Shown piece by piece: positions 38,468-48,685 of a DNA stretch of 64,000 nt. The stretch is from the NCBI GenBank assembly GCA_024654625.1, contig JANLHB010000005.1, positions 7,191 to 71,190 on the forward strand. Direction: 5' to 3'. A program made the translations under genes and the position numbers. The stretch comes from Patescibacteria group bacterium. GTDB lineage: Bacteria > Patescibacteriota > Minisyncoccia > GCA-002772825. The notes beneath the pieces are model-generated. The model made no database searches. It was not told the DNA's origin and worked only from the letters and a program-made list of their open reading frames with translations. Position 1 is the first letter of the stretch. Every line of letters starts with the position of its first letter.

Positions 38468-39658
38468 ATGGAAAAGAATGTTTTTTATGATTATGCAATC
38501 TGTCATTACGATGAGATAGGGCTTAAGGGCAGAAATAGGAAAGTTTTTGAAGGTAAGCTGGTGGATAATATTAAGAACGGCTTAGTATTAAGAACGCCTG
38601 GTAGTTTTGAATATGTTAAGCGGATATCAGGAAGAGTGATAATCAAACTTTCCGAAAAAGGGAAGAATGATATTAAAGAAATAGAAGAAGTTTTAGGTCG
38701 AACTTTCGGTATTGCTTATTTTACTTTTGCCTTCTCTTCGTCTCAGGATATTGGCTCTATTAAGGCAAGGGTCTTGAGCCTTATGGCCGTGAAGAAGTTT
38801 AAAACTTTTAGAATTACTTCTCAAAGATCAAAAAAAGACTTTCCGTTAACCTCTCAAGATATTAATATTGAGGTTGGCGCGCATGTCTTAGATAATATTA
38901 AAAATATAAAAGTAAAATTGGAAAATCCGGCTATTAATTGTTTTATTGAGATAGCCGATAATTTTGTATTTATTTATTTTGATAAACTAAAAGGGCTTGG
39001 CGGTTTGCCGATAGGCATATCCGGCAAAGCGCTCCTTCTTGTTTCCGGCGGGATAGACTCCCCTGTCGCCGCTTATTATCTTATGAAGAGGGGCCTTGAA
39101 GTTTGTTATATTCATTTTCATTCATTGCCTTATACATCGCAAAGTTCCCTAGATAAGGTAGAGAGTCTTGTCAGCGTGTTAGATAATTTTCAATATAAAT
39201 CTAAAATTTATTTTGTTCCATTTTCTGAAATTCAAAAAGAAGTTATGCTCAATGCGCCGGATAAATTCAGGATAATTTTTTACCGGCGTTTTATGTTTAA
39301 AATCGCAGAAGAAGTCGCAAAAAAAGAGAAAATTATAGCCTTGGGGACAGGAGAAGCTTTGGGGCAAGTCGCTTCTCAGACAGTGGAAAATCTTATTGCA
39401 ATAGAAGATGCCGTGAAAATACTCATACTTCGGCCGCTTATCGGCTTTGACAAGAAAGAGATTATAAAAAAAGCTTTAGAGATAGGCACTTATGATATTT
39501 CTATAATTCCGCACGAGGATTGCTGCTCCCTTTTTCTTCCTAAAAATCCCGAAACAAAAGCGGATTTGAATGAAATAAAAAAGGCAGAGAAAGCATTTAA
39601 CATAAGAAAGATTGTTAAAGAAGCCTTAAAAAATATTGAAATAAAAAAGAGTTTTTAA
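38468..39658 (+). CDS. thiI: tRNA 4-thiouridine synthase
   Basis: EIGLKGRNR, THUMP domain, SGGIDSPVA, GQVASQT. Confidence 0.93.
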   Translation: MEKNVFYDYAICHYDEIGLKGRNRKVFEGKLVDNIKNGLVLRTPGSFEYVKRISGRVIIKLSEKGKNDIKEIEEVLGRTFGIAYFTFAFSSSQDIGSIKARVLSLMAVKKFKTFRITSQRSKKDFPLTSQDINIEVGAHVLDNIKNIKVKLENPAINCFIEIADNFVFIYFDKLKGLGGLPIGISGKALLLVSGGIDSPVAAYYLMKRGLEVCYIHFHSLPYTSQSSLDKVESLVSVLDNFQYKSKIYFVPFSEIQKEVMLNAPDKFRIIFYRRFMFKIAEEVAKKEKIIALGTGEALGQVASQTVENLIAIEDAVKILILRPLIGFDKKEIIKKALEIGTYDISIIPHEDCCSLFLPKNPETKADLNEIKKAEKAFNIRKIVKEALKNIEIKKSF

Positions 39659-39735
39659 TCTTCGGCAAAGAGTTTTCCAAAGATATTAAGACTTTATTGT
39701 TTCATAATTCTTTTTTATTGTTTATAATATAAGAT

Positions 39736-40929
39736 ATGATATTTGCAGATGATTATGGGTCTCTAACTCCAGACCAAGGATTGGAGCGCCTTAATGTCCA
39801 TTATGGAGATTTTAATATTTATTGTTCCGGTTTTCCAAACGCTATGAAAAATTCAGCGCGAGACAGCCTTCTCTCGGCTATCTTAATGCTTGATAAAAAT
39901 ATGCTTAAAGATCAGCTTTCTTTATGCGCCGAAAAACAGGGCTTAAAACAAAATCCTTTGTCCGGTGAAGAACCAGGTAAAATATTTAATGAATTTCCGG
40001 CCTCCGCATCAAGAGGTCTTTCAAATGAGTATAATGCCTGCGACACAACCGCTTTATTTCTTATCGGGCACGAAGTGTATCAAAAACTGTCTGGTGATAT
40101 CCTCTTTGCAGACAGGTATAAAGATAATATTATTAAAGCCGTTGGATTTATAAGAAATCATTTAAAGGGATATTCTTTTATTGAGGACCCGTCTCTCTGC
40201 GGCGGAAAACATTTTTCGCTTAAGGTAACATATTGGAAGGATACGGGTATGCCGGAAAGAGAAAATGGCGAGCCTGTTTACCCTGTTTCGTATTCATTGC
40301 CGCATATACAAAATATGCGAGCGCTGAAGAGCGCGTCATTTTTGCTTAAAGACGATTCTTTTGGTCAGATAATAGAATGTATGAAAGATTATCTTTTAAA
40401 TTATCTATTCAGCAGAAATACAGGCCAACTGTGTCTTGCTATTGATAGAAATGGCCCTATTAAGACTGTCAGTTCGGATATTCTTCATTCGTTATTTTTT
40501 CTTGATGAGGGGGATATTACTCCGGAACATATTGAGAGTATCATCAATTCTTCTTTTGCGCTTGAGACTGATTTTGGTTATCGTTCCTTTCCTGAAGATT
40601 GCGTAAAGCATACACATAAGGGTTCTCTGCATTATTTAAGGTCTATCCTTCCGGTTGAGCAAGCACTGGTAAATATAGGCGCTAAGAAACATAGGATGTG
40701 GATAGAAAAGGCCGGCTTTACCCGTTTATCCAAAGGATTAAAAAAGATTGAGGATGTGAGTTCTATTATAAATGGGAAACTTACAAGTGTCCCTGAGGGT
40801 TTTATACTGGAAGATGATAAGATTAAAAAAACAGGGTGTGACCCGTATTTGCTTACAATCGCAACTAAAAAATATTTTGATTTCAAGTTGGGCGATAAGT
40901 TGAGATTGATTGATATTTTGTCCGGTTAA
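39736..40929 (+). CDS. Amylo-alpha-1,6-glucosidase-like (alpha/alpha)6 glycosidase
   Basis: RDSL, GEEPGKI, DTT.LF, YWKD motifs. Confidence 0.65.
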   Translation: MIFADDYGSLTPDQGLERLNVHYGDFNIYCSGFPNAMKNSARDSLLSAILMLDKNMLKDQLSLCAEKQGLKQNPLSGEEPGKIFNEFPASASRGLSNEYNACDTTALFLIGHEVYQKLSGDILFADRYKDNIIKAVGFIRNHLKGYSFIEDPSLCGGKHFSLKVTYWKDTGMPERENGEPVYPVSYSLPHIQNMRALKSASFLLKDDSFGQIIECMKDYLLNYLFSRNTGQLCLAIDRNGPIKTVSSDILHSLFFLDEGDITPEHIESIINSSFALETDFGYRSFPEDCVKHTHKGSLHYLRSILPVEQALVNIGAKKHRMWIEKAGFTRLSKGLKKIEDVSSIINGKLTSVPEGFILEDDKIKKTGCDPYLLTIATKKYFDFKLGDKLRLIDILSG

Positions 40930-41119
40930 TATCAGCGTCAGCGAGATATATTTATGAATTTATCCCTTCTTCTTGACTTTCTGCCCGGTAGATATAAAAT
41001 TATTTCTAAATAAGTCGAGGTGTCTTAATGGGCTTAGCATTAAATGAATTTAAGGCATACCCAAGTAAGTAAGGCGGCTTAAGATTAAAAGGTCGTTTTA
41101 TTTAAATTAAGAAAATAGT

Positions 41120-41419
41120 ATGGCATTTAAAAAATTTGACAATACTCCAAAAAAAATGTTTCAAGGCAATTGGAAGTGCGGAAAGTGCGGAAAAGATATT
41201 AACGAGCTTCCGTTTAATCCTGACCCTTCAAGATTAAGCCAGCTTACATGCAGAGACTGTCATAGCACAGGAGGAAAAAAAGATTTTTCACCGCGAAAAA
41301 TGGTTGAAGGCAATTGGACTTGCAGCGGTTGCGGAGGAAATATCACCGCTCTTCCCTTTGAACCTAGAGAAGGCACCCCTGTCTCGTGCAGAGATTGCTG
41401 GTCTAAGAATAGAGGTTAA
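41120..41419 (+). CDS. Tandem CxxC-x17-CxxC zinc-ribbon protein
   Basis: Two repeats of M..GNW.C..CG..I..LPF.P.....CRDC. Confidence 0.85.
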   Translation: MAFKKFDNTPKKMFQGNWKCGKCGKDINELPFNPDPSRLSQLTCRDCHSTGGKKDFSPRKMVEGNWTCSGCGGNITALPFEPREGTPVSCRDCWSKNRG

Positions 41420-41517
41420 GATAAATTTTGTTTATTAAAACACCCCGCCTCATGGCGGGGTGTTTTAATATTTACTGAATCGAAATTATAGTCTATTAGA
41501 GTATTTGTCTTACTACC

Positions 41518-42093
41518 CTATTCTGTTATTTTTTCTTTAATCACGCCATTAACAGAGATAGAAACATTGTCTACTGTTAAGAATTGTTTTAATGTTTCCG
41601 TTATCTCCGCGAGACTTGAAGCTTCTTTGCATTTATCCCCTGTCTCTTCTCCTGTTAAGGTGTTAACATCTATTGTCGCAATTCCTTCGTTTATGGTTAA
41701 TTTTTGGATTTTTATGTCTGAAGAAATGACGGTACTGAAGCCTAATTCTTTCTCTTCTATTGTCGGACCACGGAAAAGCTCTTCAAGCGAAGCTCTTGCC
41801 GGAGCGATTGTCTCAACGACAGAGCGATTTACAGGAAAAACTTCTTGGCAATTATTTGTGCCGCCTGCTGTCATAGTTGTATTCGGAAAATATATTTTAA
41901 GCGTCATCATCTTTTTTGGAGCGCTTGATAATAGGCTGGCTGTCATATCTGAACTTTCAATTTCTTCTGCTGTATAATCGTCATTTATTACTTCAAGCGC
42001 AAGGTCTTTATCTCTTGATTGAAACAAAAACAAACCGCCGACTATCAGTATTATGATAACAACATATATATAATTTTTATTTATCTTTTGCAT
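41518..42093 (-). CDS. GerMN domain protein
   Basis: VFPVNR, ASLEELFRGPT..E, I..TLKQF.TV..V.ISVNG. Confidence 0.8.
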   Translation of the reverse strand: MQKINKNYIYVVIIILIVGGLFLFQSRDKDLALEVINDDYTAEEIESSDMTASLLSSAPKKMMTLKIYFPNTTMTAGGTNNCQEVFPVNRSVVETIAPARASLEELFRGPTIEEKELGFSTVISSDIKIQKLTINEGIATIDVNTLTGEETGDKCKEASSLAEITETLKQFLTVDNVSISVNGVIKEKITE

Positions 42094-42173
42094 AGACTAT
42101 TTGAAATTTAATTTATAATACTTATACTATAATAGATACAGGTGTAAATTAAAAGTATAAATGTTAATTTATT

Positions 42174-42797
42174 ATGAATAATGTAAAAGTAGTATTAATA
42201 GCAATAGTTATCATCGTTTTAGGTATCTTGGCTTGGGTGTATTCTCCCAAGAAGGATCAAAGTGATAATATAAATATAGAAATAGAAAAAATGAGCAATC
42301 CAACAGTAACACTAAAGACAACTAAAGGAGACATAGAGATAGAGCTTTTTATAGATAAGATGCCGGTAACAGCAGGTAATTTTCTGAAACTTTCTAAAGA
42401 AGGTTTTTATAATGAGACAAAATTCCATAGAGTTATAGATGGCTTTATGATACAAGGCGGAGATCCAAATTCTCGCTTGGAAGAGACATCTGCCTATGGC
42501 ACTGGCGGACCCGGTTATGCTATAGAAGATGAGTTTGTCCAAGGTCTTTCAAATGTTAGAGGCACTATATCAATGGCAAACAGCGGACCGAACTCAGGAG
42601 GCAGTCAATTCTTTATAAATCTTGTTGATAATACCTTTTTAGATTTTGATAAAGAGCCTCTTCAAAGCAAACATTCTGTCTTTGGAAGAGTTGTAAATGG
42701 TATGGAGCTGGTTGACACTATAGCTAAAGTAGAAACAGGATCAAGAGATATTCCTGTTGAACCTGTTATTATAAAAGAGGTTATTGTTAAAGAATAA
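42174..42797 (+). CDS. Cyclophilin-type peptidyl-prolyl isomerase
   Basis: FHRVIDGFMIQGGDP, SMANSGPNSGGSQFFIN. Confidence 0.95.
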   Translation: MNNVKVVLIAIVIIVLGILAWVYSPKKDQSDNINIEIEKMSNPTVTLKTTKGDIEIELFIDKMPVTAGNFLKLSKEGFYNETKFHRVIDGFMIQGGDPNSRLEETSAYGTGGPGYAIEDEFVQGLSNVRGTISMANSGPNSGGSQFFINLVDNTFLDFDKEPLQSKHSVFGRVVNGMELVDTIAKVETGSRDIPVEPVIIKEVIVKE

Positions 42798-42859
42798 AGA
42801 CTGTAAAAAAATAAAAGCACCCGATATTTTGGGTGCTTTTTGCGTGTCAGACTGCAGAT

Positions 42860-43111
42860 TTAAAATCCCGCGCGCCTTGCTCTCTCTTCCGTATCGAGAG
42901 GGTGATTTTCCTCGAAATGGAGCTCTAGTTCCTTTGTGTCGCCTTTGTCATAGACAAAGGCGCAAAAGTTATTAGGACATCTCCTTTTCGTTGTTTTTAA
43001 TGAACTGCTATCTATTGCGCTTGAAGCTTTTCTTATTTCAGGTGATCCTTTCGCCCATTTTTCAGTTTCTTTTTTCCTGAGTGCTATTTTTCTCAATAAA
43101 GTCTTAAGCAT
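42860..43111 (-). CDS. Small protein with C2H2-like zinc finger
   Basis: G-rich RBS; CPNNFC-x14-HFEENH. Confidence 0.55.
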   Translation of the reverse strand: MLKTLLRKIALRKKETEKWAKGSPEIRKASSAIDSSSLKTTKRRCPNNFCAFVYDKGDTKELELHFEENHPLDTEERARRAGF

Positions 43112-43212
43112 TAAACCCCCTTTTTGGCGCAATATTTTATTAATATAACATAATTTATATTTCAGATTATGTCAAATTTCTATAATTTTCTAAATTCGTA
43201 TATAATTTAACT

Positions 43213-44040
43213 ATGGAAATTATAAAAGCATCCGGGGAGAAAGAACTTTTTAATAAGAGTAAATTTTGCCTTTCTCTAAAAAAAGCCGGCGCACCTGGCA
43301 ATATAGTGGATGAAGTTTGTTCTAAAATTAACGAAGAACTAAAACCCGGCATGACTACCACTCAAATCTTTAGAAAGGCTTCACAATATCTTATGAAGGA
43401 CGATTTTGTCGTTGCGGCAAATTATAGCCTTAAAAGAGGAATTGCGGCTCTTGGTCCGGCTGGGTTTAACTTTGAGAAATTTCTCGCTGTCGTTATCGGT
43501 TCTTTAGGCTACAAAGTGAAATTAAATCAAATGATGAAAGGCCGTTGCGTAACTCACGAAGTGGATCTTACAGCTGAGAGAGGCAACGAGCACTTCCTCA
43601 TTGAGGCTAAATATCATAATGGCTCTGGCATCAAGACTCATATAGATGTAGCAATGTATGCTGACGCGCGCCTTGCCGATATCGCTTTTATAGAAGAACA
43701 GAAAGAATCCGCTCACAATAATCACAAAATGTGGCTTATAACAAATACCGAGTTTACAAAGACGGCTTTAAGGTACGGCCGTTGTCGTAATCTTAAGCTC
43801 ACAAGCTGGAGGGGGCCCGCTAAAGAAGGACTCAAAGATATTATAATCAAAAACAAACTTTATCCTATCACTGTGCTACCCTCTGTTAACAAATTCGCCC
43901 AAGAGGAGTTTGTCAAACACAATATGATGCTTGCTCGCGATCTTGCTCCTTATTCTGCCGATGACCTTGTCAGGATATTTAATTTTGACAGGCAAAGAGC
44001 AGATAAAATAATAAAAGAAGTTCAAGTGTTGATATATTAA
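43213..44040 (+). CDS. ATP-cone plus Mrr-like restriction-endonuclease domain protein
   Basis: IIKASGEKELF ATP cone; GFNFEK, HEVD, IEAKYH. Confidence 0.8.
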   Translation: MEIIKASGEKELFNKSKFCLSLKKAGAPGNIVDEVCSKINEELKPGMTTTQIFRKASQYLMKDDFVVAANYSLKRGIAALGPAGFNFEKFLAVVIGSLGYKVKLNQMMKGRCVTHEVDLTAERGNEHFLIEAKYHNGSGIKTHIDVAMYADARLADIAFIEEQKESAHNNHKMWLITNTEFTKTALRYGRCRNLKLTSWRGPAKEGLKDIIIKNKLYPITVLPSVNKFAQEEFVKHNMMLARDLAPYSADDLVRIFNFDRQRADKIIKEVQVLIY

Positions 44041-44055
44041 CCAAAGTTTTATATT

Positions 44056-45243
44056 ATGAATGATATTGAAAAATCGATAAAAGATTTAATGCTCAAAAAC
44101 AAGAGGACGCTAAACAGCTATCAATATACTGTCCCTTCTCCCGATACATACCCTTATCAGTGGCTATGGGACTCATGTTTTCATGCTATAATCTTAAGTC
44201 ACTTCGACGTAGAGGACGCGAAAAAAGAAATTTTTTCCATAATCTCAAAGCAGTTCAACAACGGAATGGTCCCTCATATGATCTACTGGGAGAAGAAAGA
44301 TGTGATAAATTTTGACTGGGGTAAAGATGGGACAAGCAGTATCACTCAACCACCGATGCTTGCTTATGCCGTTTGGCAGATATTTCAGAAAGATAACGAT
44401 ATCGAATTTTTGAAAAGTATTTATATACCGTTATTTCATTTTTACAAATATCTTATAAACGACCGTGACCCGCACGAAAATGATCTGATCGGCATCATAG
44501 ACCCCGATGAATCCGGAGAAGATAATTCCCCGAGGTTTGACACTCTATTGAATTTACCGCCTGTGCAGACAAGAGAGAAAAGTTTAGAAAAGAGGCTCCT
44601 CTTAGTAAAGGAAAACAAAGAATGTAATTTTGATGCGCCGTTTTGTATGAAGAATTTCTTCTGGGTTAAAGACGTGCCGTTTAATGTGATTATGGTGGAG
44701 AATCTGCGAGCGCTTTCTTTTATCGCTGAGAAGCTTGGCAACAGTCATGATGTCGCTTATTTTAATAAAAAAAGAGATATGATAGTAAAAGCTATGAGAA
44801 GTCTTATGTATGAAGATGGTATATTTTGGTCAACATATGGAGAAGATTATCAGAAAATAAAACTGAAAACATGGGCAATATTCTCGCCTCTTTTTGCTAA
44901 GATATTGACGCAAGAAGAAGCGAAAAAACTCGTAGAAGAACATCTTCTAAATAAAGAAGAATTTTGGGGTAAATATCCCGTCTCTACGGTAGCGATGGAC
45001 GAACCGTCTTTTGACCCTGAAGGATTCTGGCGCGGTCCGACATGGATTGCCACTAACTGGATTATCCATAAAGGCTTATTGAACTATGGATTTAGCAAAG
45101 AAGCTAATGATATAAAAAACAGCTCACTTGAGCTTATAAAGAATTCAGGACTTAGGGAATATTTTAACCCTCTAACAGGAGAAGGGCTTGGCGCAAGAGA
45201 CTTTACTTGGGGTGGGTTGGTTCTTGATATGAACGGAAATTAG
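44056..45243 (+). CDS. GH63/MGH1-like glycoside hydrolase
   Basis: YPYQWLWDSCFH, QPP, ESGEDNSPR, WRGPTW, EYFNP. Confidence 0.85.
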   Translation: MNDIEKSIKDLMLKNKRTLNSYQYTVPSPDTYPYQWLWDSCFHAIILSHFDVEDAKKEIFSIISKQFNNGMVPHMIYWEKKDVINFDWGKDGTSSITQPPMLAYAVWQIFQKDNDIEFLKSIYIPLFHFYKYLINDRDPHENDLIGIIDPDESGEDNSPRFDTLLNLPPVQTREKSLEKRLLLVKENKECNFDAPFCMKNFFWVKDVPFNVIMVENLRALSFIAEKLGNSHDVAYFNKKRDMIVKAMRSLMYEDGIFWSTYGEDYQKIKLKTWAIFSPLFAKILTQEEAKKLVEEHLLNKEEFWGKYPVSTVAMDEPSFDPEGFWRGPTWIATNWIIHKGLLNYGFSKEANDIKNSSLELIKNSGLREYFNPLTGEGLGARDFTWGGLVLDMNGN

Positions 45244-45279
45244 AGTATTAAAAAAGCCGTATGTATAGATAACATGATG

Positions 45280-46263
45280 TCATCTATACATACGGCTTGT
45301 ACTCTCAAGATTTTTTAACCTTTTTTGCAGCTTTTTAATGGCTACTTTCTCTATCTGACGCACTCTCTCGCGAGTTACGCCAAGCATTTTCCCTATTTCT
45401 TCCAGTGATTTTTCACTACCATCTTCAAGTAGACCGAAACGAAGGCTCACTACCTGAAACTCTTTATCTTTCAGGGTGTCTTTCATTATCTCACTGAGGT
45501 GTCTTTTCAATTGAATCTTTTCAAACAACTGATCAGGCCCCAAGTTGATCTCGTCTTTTATAAGATCAAGCAAGACCATATCTTCTAGCCCAGCCATAGG
45601 AGCTTCAAGCTGATAGAACCTTCTATTGTTCAACAACTCCAATTGCCCTACCCTCTTAGATCTAATCTTTTCCCCAACCTTAGAATCTAACTTTATTTCT
45701 CTAAGTATCTCTTCTTTATTTGGATCTCTTCTTAATCTCAAAGACAACTTCCTGTGGGTCTTTCTAAAGTTATTTAAGTCTATACTAAGATATACAGGAA
45801 GACGTATATCGTCATCATTATCAGCTACCGCCCTCTCCAGAGCTTGCTTTATCCAATGTGTTGCATAAGTAGATATTCTACATTTTCTCTCTGGGTCAAA
45901 CCTTTTAACTGCCCCCATAAGCCCTATATTCCCCTCTTGGATTAAGTCAAGAAACTTTAAATGAGGAGACCTGCCTATGAATCTCTTAGCTATACTTACG
46001 ACAAGCTTTAAGTTTGATCTCGTCATCTTGTCAAAAGCTTCTCTTCCGTCTTGAATCACCGGCTGTAACTTATTTTCCTCAATGAAGGATTTGATCTCTT
46101 CGTCGCTTAATCCTTTTTTTCTTTTTTTCTCAATCTTTTTTTCAAGAGCTCTCCATTTGCTTATCTCTGCTGAAAGCTTTTTCTCTTCTTTTTTACTGAG
46201 TAGAGGATATTTATTTATGTAGGAAAAATAAATACTGACAGCGTTATTGTCCTTGAAAAGCAT
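45280..46263 (-). CDS. Sigma-70 family RNA polymerase sigma factor (RpoD/RpoS-like)
   Basis: NLKLVVSIAK, DLIQEGNIGL, STYATHWI, LEEIG...GVTRERVRQIE. Confidence 0.9.
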   Translation of the reverse strand: MLFKDNNAVSIYFSYINKYPLLSKKEEKKLSAEISKWRALEKKIEKKRKKGLSDEEIKSFIEENKLQPVIQDGREAFDKMTRSNLKLVVSIAKRFIGRSPHLKFLDLIQEGNIGLMGAVKRFDPERKCRISTYATHWIKQALERAVADNDDDIRLPVYLSIDLNNFRKTHRKLSLRLRRDPNKEEILREIKLDSKVGEKIRSKRVGQLELLNNRRFYQLEAPMAGLEDMVLLDLIKDEINLGPDQLFEKIQLKRHLSEIMKDTLKDKEFQVVSLRFGLLEDGSEKSLEEIGKMLGVTRERVRQIEKVAIKKLQKRLKNLESTSRMYR

Positions 46264-46400
46264 AACCCCCCCCTTTATTTTAAGAATTATTTTGAATTTA
46301 TTTTAAAGAAGCTATTCCGCTTTTTATAATGCCTTATTTAGTATTGTTTTTCAATAGCGTTGAAAAAGCCAATTGAAAGCTCGGTCCCAAAATGGCTTTT

Positions 46401-48185
46401 TTATTTCCTATTTGATTTATTTCTGTCAGATTCTTTAAGATTTTTTTTCCTCAAGCGGACACTTTGAGGCGTAATCTCCAGATATTCGTCTTTTGCCATA
46501 ATTTCAAGACCGTTTTCTATTGTAAGCAGTTGCGGAGGTATAAGCTTCACCGCGTCATCAGAACCGGAAGCTCTCATATTGGTGAGCTGTTTGCCTTTAG
46601 TAGGATTAACTGTCATTTGTTCCCCCTTTGAAGTGTTCCCTATTACCATTCCTTCATACACCTCTGTATTTTCTTTAATATATAAGACGCCCCTAGTCTG
46701 AAGATTATCAAGAGAATAGGCCAATGTCTTTCCGGATACTTGCGATATCATTGAACCGGCTTCGTGTCTTTCTATCTCTCCGGCGTATGGTTTATATCCG
46801 ATAGTTCGGCTTGCCATTATGCCTTCTCCTTTTGTGTCTATCACAAATTTGTTGCGATAGCCGAAGAGCCCTCTGCTTGGTCCTTCAAATGAAAGAAAAG
46901 CTCTGTTTTCGTGAAGTTCCATATTTTTAAGAATAGCTCCCCTCTTGCTTAATTTTTCAATGATTGAGCCTTGGCAATCGTTTGGGACATCAATGACTAT
47001 CTCTTCAAACGGTTCGTGTAATTTACCGTCTATCTCTTTTGTAATAACTTGCGGTTGAGATACCTGCACTTCATATCCTTCACGACGCATATTTTCAAGG
47101 AGGATAGCGATATGAAGTTCCCCTCTTCCGTAGACGGTAAACTGATCTCCGCTTGCAGAATCAAAATCCACCTTAAGTCCTACGTTTACCTCCAACTCTT
47201 TCTCAAGTCGCTCTCTTATCTGACGGCTTGTCACGAATTTCCCTTCTCGTCCGGCAAAAGGAGAATTATTAACAAGAAATGTAAGTTCAATAGTCGGCTC
47301 ATCGACGGCAATTGTTTCAAGTATCGGCGATTCAGGTGAGCCGGCTATTGTGTCGCCTATATATACATCCGGTATTCCGGCTATCATCCCGATATCGCCC
47401 GCTTTTAGTGTATCTACGTCAGTCCTTGTCACACCTTCAAAGGCGAATAGTTTAGTTATTTTATATTTTTTTATATCATCCCCTTTTTTTGTATAAACTG
47501 TATCTCCGGCATTAATTTTACCGCTATAAATTCTCACAACGGCAACTCTGCCTAAGAAGTTGTCATAAGCAAGATTAAACGGTTGAGCAAGAAATGACGC
47601 ATTAATATCCCCTGTTGAAGCGGGTACTTTCTCTAGAACCATATCTAAGAGCGGTGTTAAGTCTTTTGATTCATCGGCCAATTCTCTTTTAGCTACCCCC
47701 TCTCGCCCGATGGCATAAATAACCGGAAAGTCCAATTGTTCGTCTGTTGCTCCAAGTTCGGCAAATAGGTCAAATACCTGATCGTGAGCGCGAGCCGGAT
47801 TTGCGGCCGGTTTATCTATTTTATTTATGACGAGTATCGGCTTAAGTCCCAACGCAAGAGATTTTTTAAGCACGAATCGTGTCTGAGGCATCGGCCCCTC
47901 TTGAGCATCAACAATAAGAAGCACTGAATCAATGGAACGAAGAACACGCTCCACTTCTGATCCGAAGTCGGCATGACCTGGCGTATCAACGATGTTTATT
48001 TTGGTGCCTTTGTATATGACGGCAGCATTCTTAGAGTAAATAGTAATACCGCGCTCTTTTTCAAGAGTATTGCTGTCCATACTTACTCCGGTATCAACCG
48101 CGCCAGTTTGACTTAAGATCGCGTCCGTAAGCGTTGTTTTGCCGTGGTCGACATGGGCTATGATTGCTATATTTCTGATTTCCAT
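46401..48185 (-). CDS. typA: Translational GTPase TypA/BipA
   Basis: IAHVDHGKTT, DTPGHADF, GRGELH, LTNMRASG. Confidence 0.96.
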   Translation of the reverse strand: MEIRNIAIIAHVDHGKTTLTDAILSQTGAVDTGVSMDSNTLEKERGITIYSKNAAVIYKGTKINIVDTPGHADFGSEVERVLRSIDSVLLIVDAQEGPMPQTRFVLKKSLALGLKPILVINKIDKPAANPARAHDQVFDLFAELGATDEQLDFPVIYAIGREGVAKRELADESKDLTPLLDMVLEKVPASTGDINASFLAQPFNLAYDNFLGRVAVVRIYSGKINAGDTVYTKKGDDIKKYKITKLFAFEGVTRTDVDTLKAGDIGMIAGIPDVYIGDTIAGSPESPILETIAVDEPTIELTFLVNNSPFAGREGKFVTSRQIRERLEKELEVNVGLKVDFDSASGDQFTVYGRGELHIAILLENMRREGYEVQVSQPQVITKEIDGKLHEPFEEIVIDVPNDCQGSIIEKLSKRGAILKNMELHENRAFLSFEGPSRGLFGYRNKFVIDTKGEGIMASRTIGYKPYAGEIERHEAGSMISQVSGKTLAYSLDNLQTRGVLYIKENTEVYEGMVIGNTSKGEQMTVNPTKGKQLTNMRASGSDDAVKLIPPQLLTIENGLEIMAKDEYLEITPQSVRLRKKNLKESDRNKSNRK

Positions 48186-48348
48186 TTTTTAAAAATTATT
48201 ATTTAAATTAATTATTTGATATAAAATATAAAAGCGATTAATTTTTCCTGTTAAGTTAAAGGAATATATTAACATCAATTTCATAAAAAGTATATTGATT
48301 TAACAAAAACATCCCGCTATTTGCGGGATGTTTTTGTTAAAAGCGTTA

Positions 48349-48549
48349 TTACGCCTTATTGACATTAACAGCATTGACTCCCTTAGGGCCCTCTGCTGTG
48401 TCAAATGTTACTTTGTCGCCTTCACGAAGTTCGTCGAAGCTGGCATTTTTTAACTCATTAGCATGGAAGAAAATATCTTTCTCCTCACCCTCTTGAGCTA
48501 TAAAGCCGAATCCACGTTCTGTGAGACGAGCTATAGTTCCTTGATTCAT
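48349..48549 (-). CDS. Cold-shock protein
   Basis: RGFGFI, DIFFH, GPKG..A.NV. Confidence 0.95.
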   Translation of the reverse strand: MNQGTIARLTERGFGFIAQEGEEKDIFFHANELKNASFDELREGDKVTFDTAEGPKGVNAVNVNKA

Positions 48550-48685
48550 CTATAAGAAAAACTAGTGCGAATAAATTTCAAACCTAAAATACTGTACGAT
48601 AAAAACCCGACTTCGTTTCTCTTACAGACCTGATTTGATATATCTATTGAAGCATAATCCGATTAAAAAGTCAAGCGGTTTAGTC

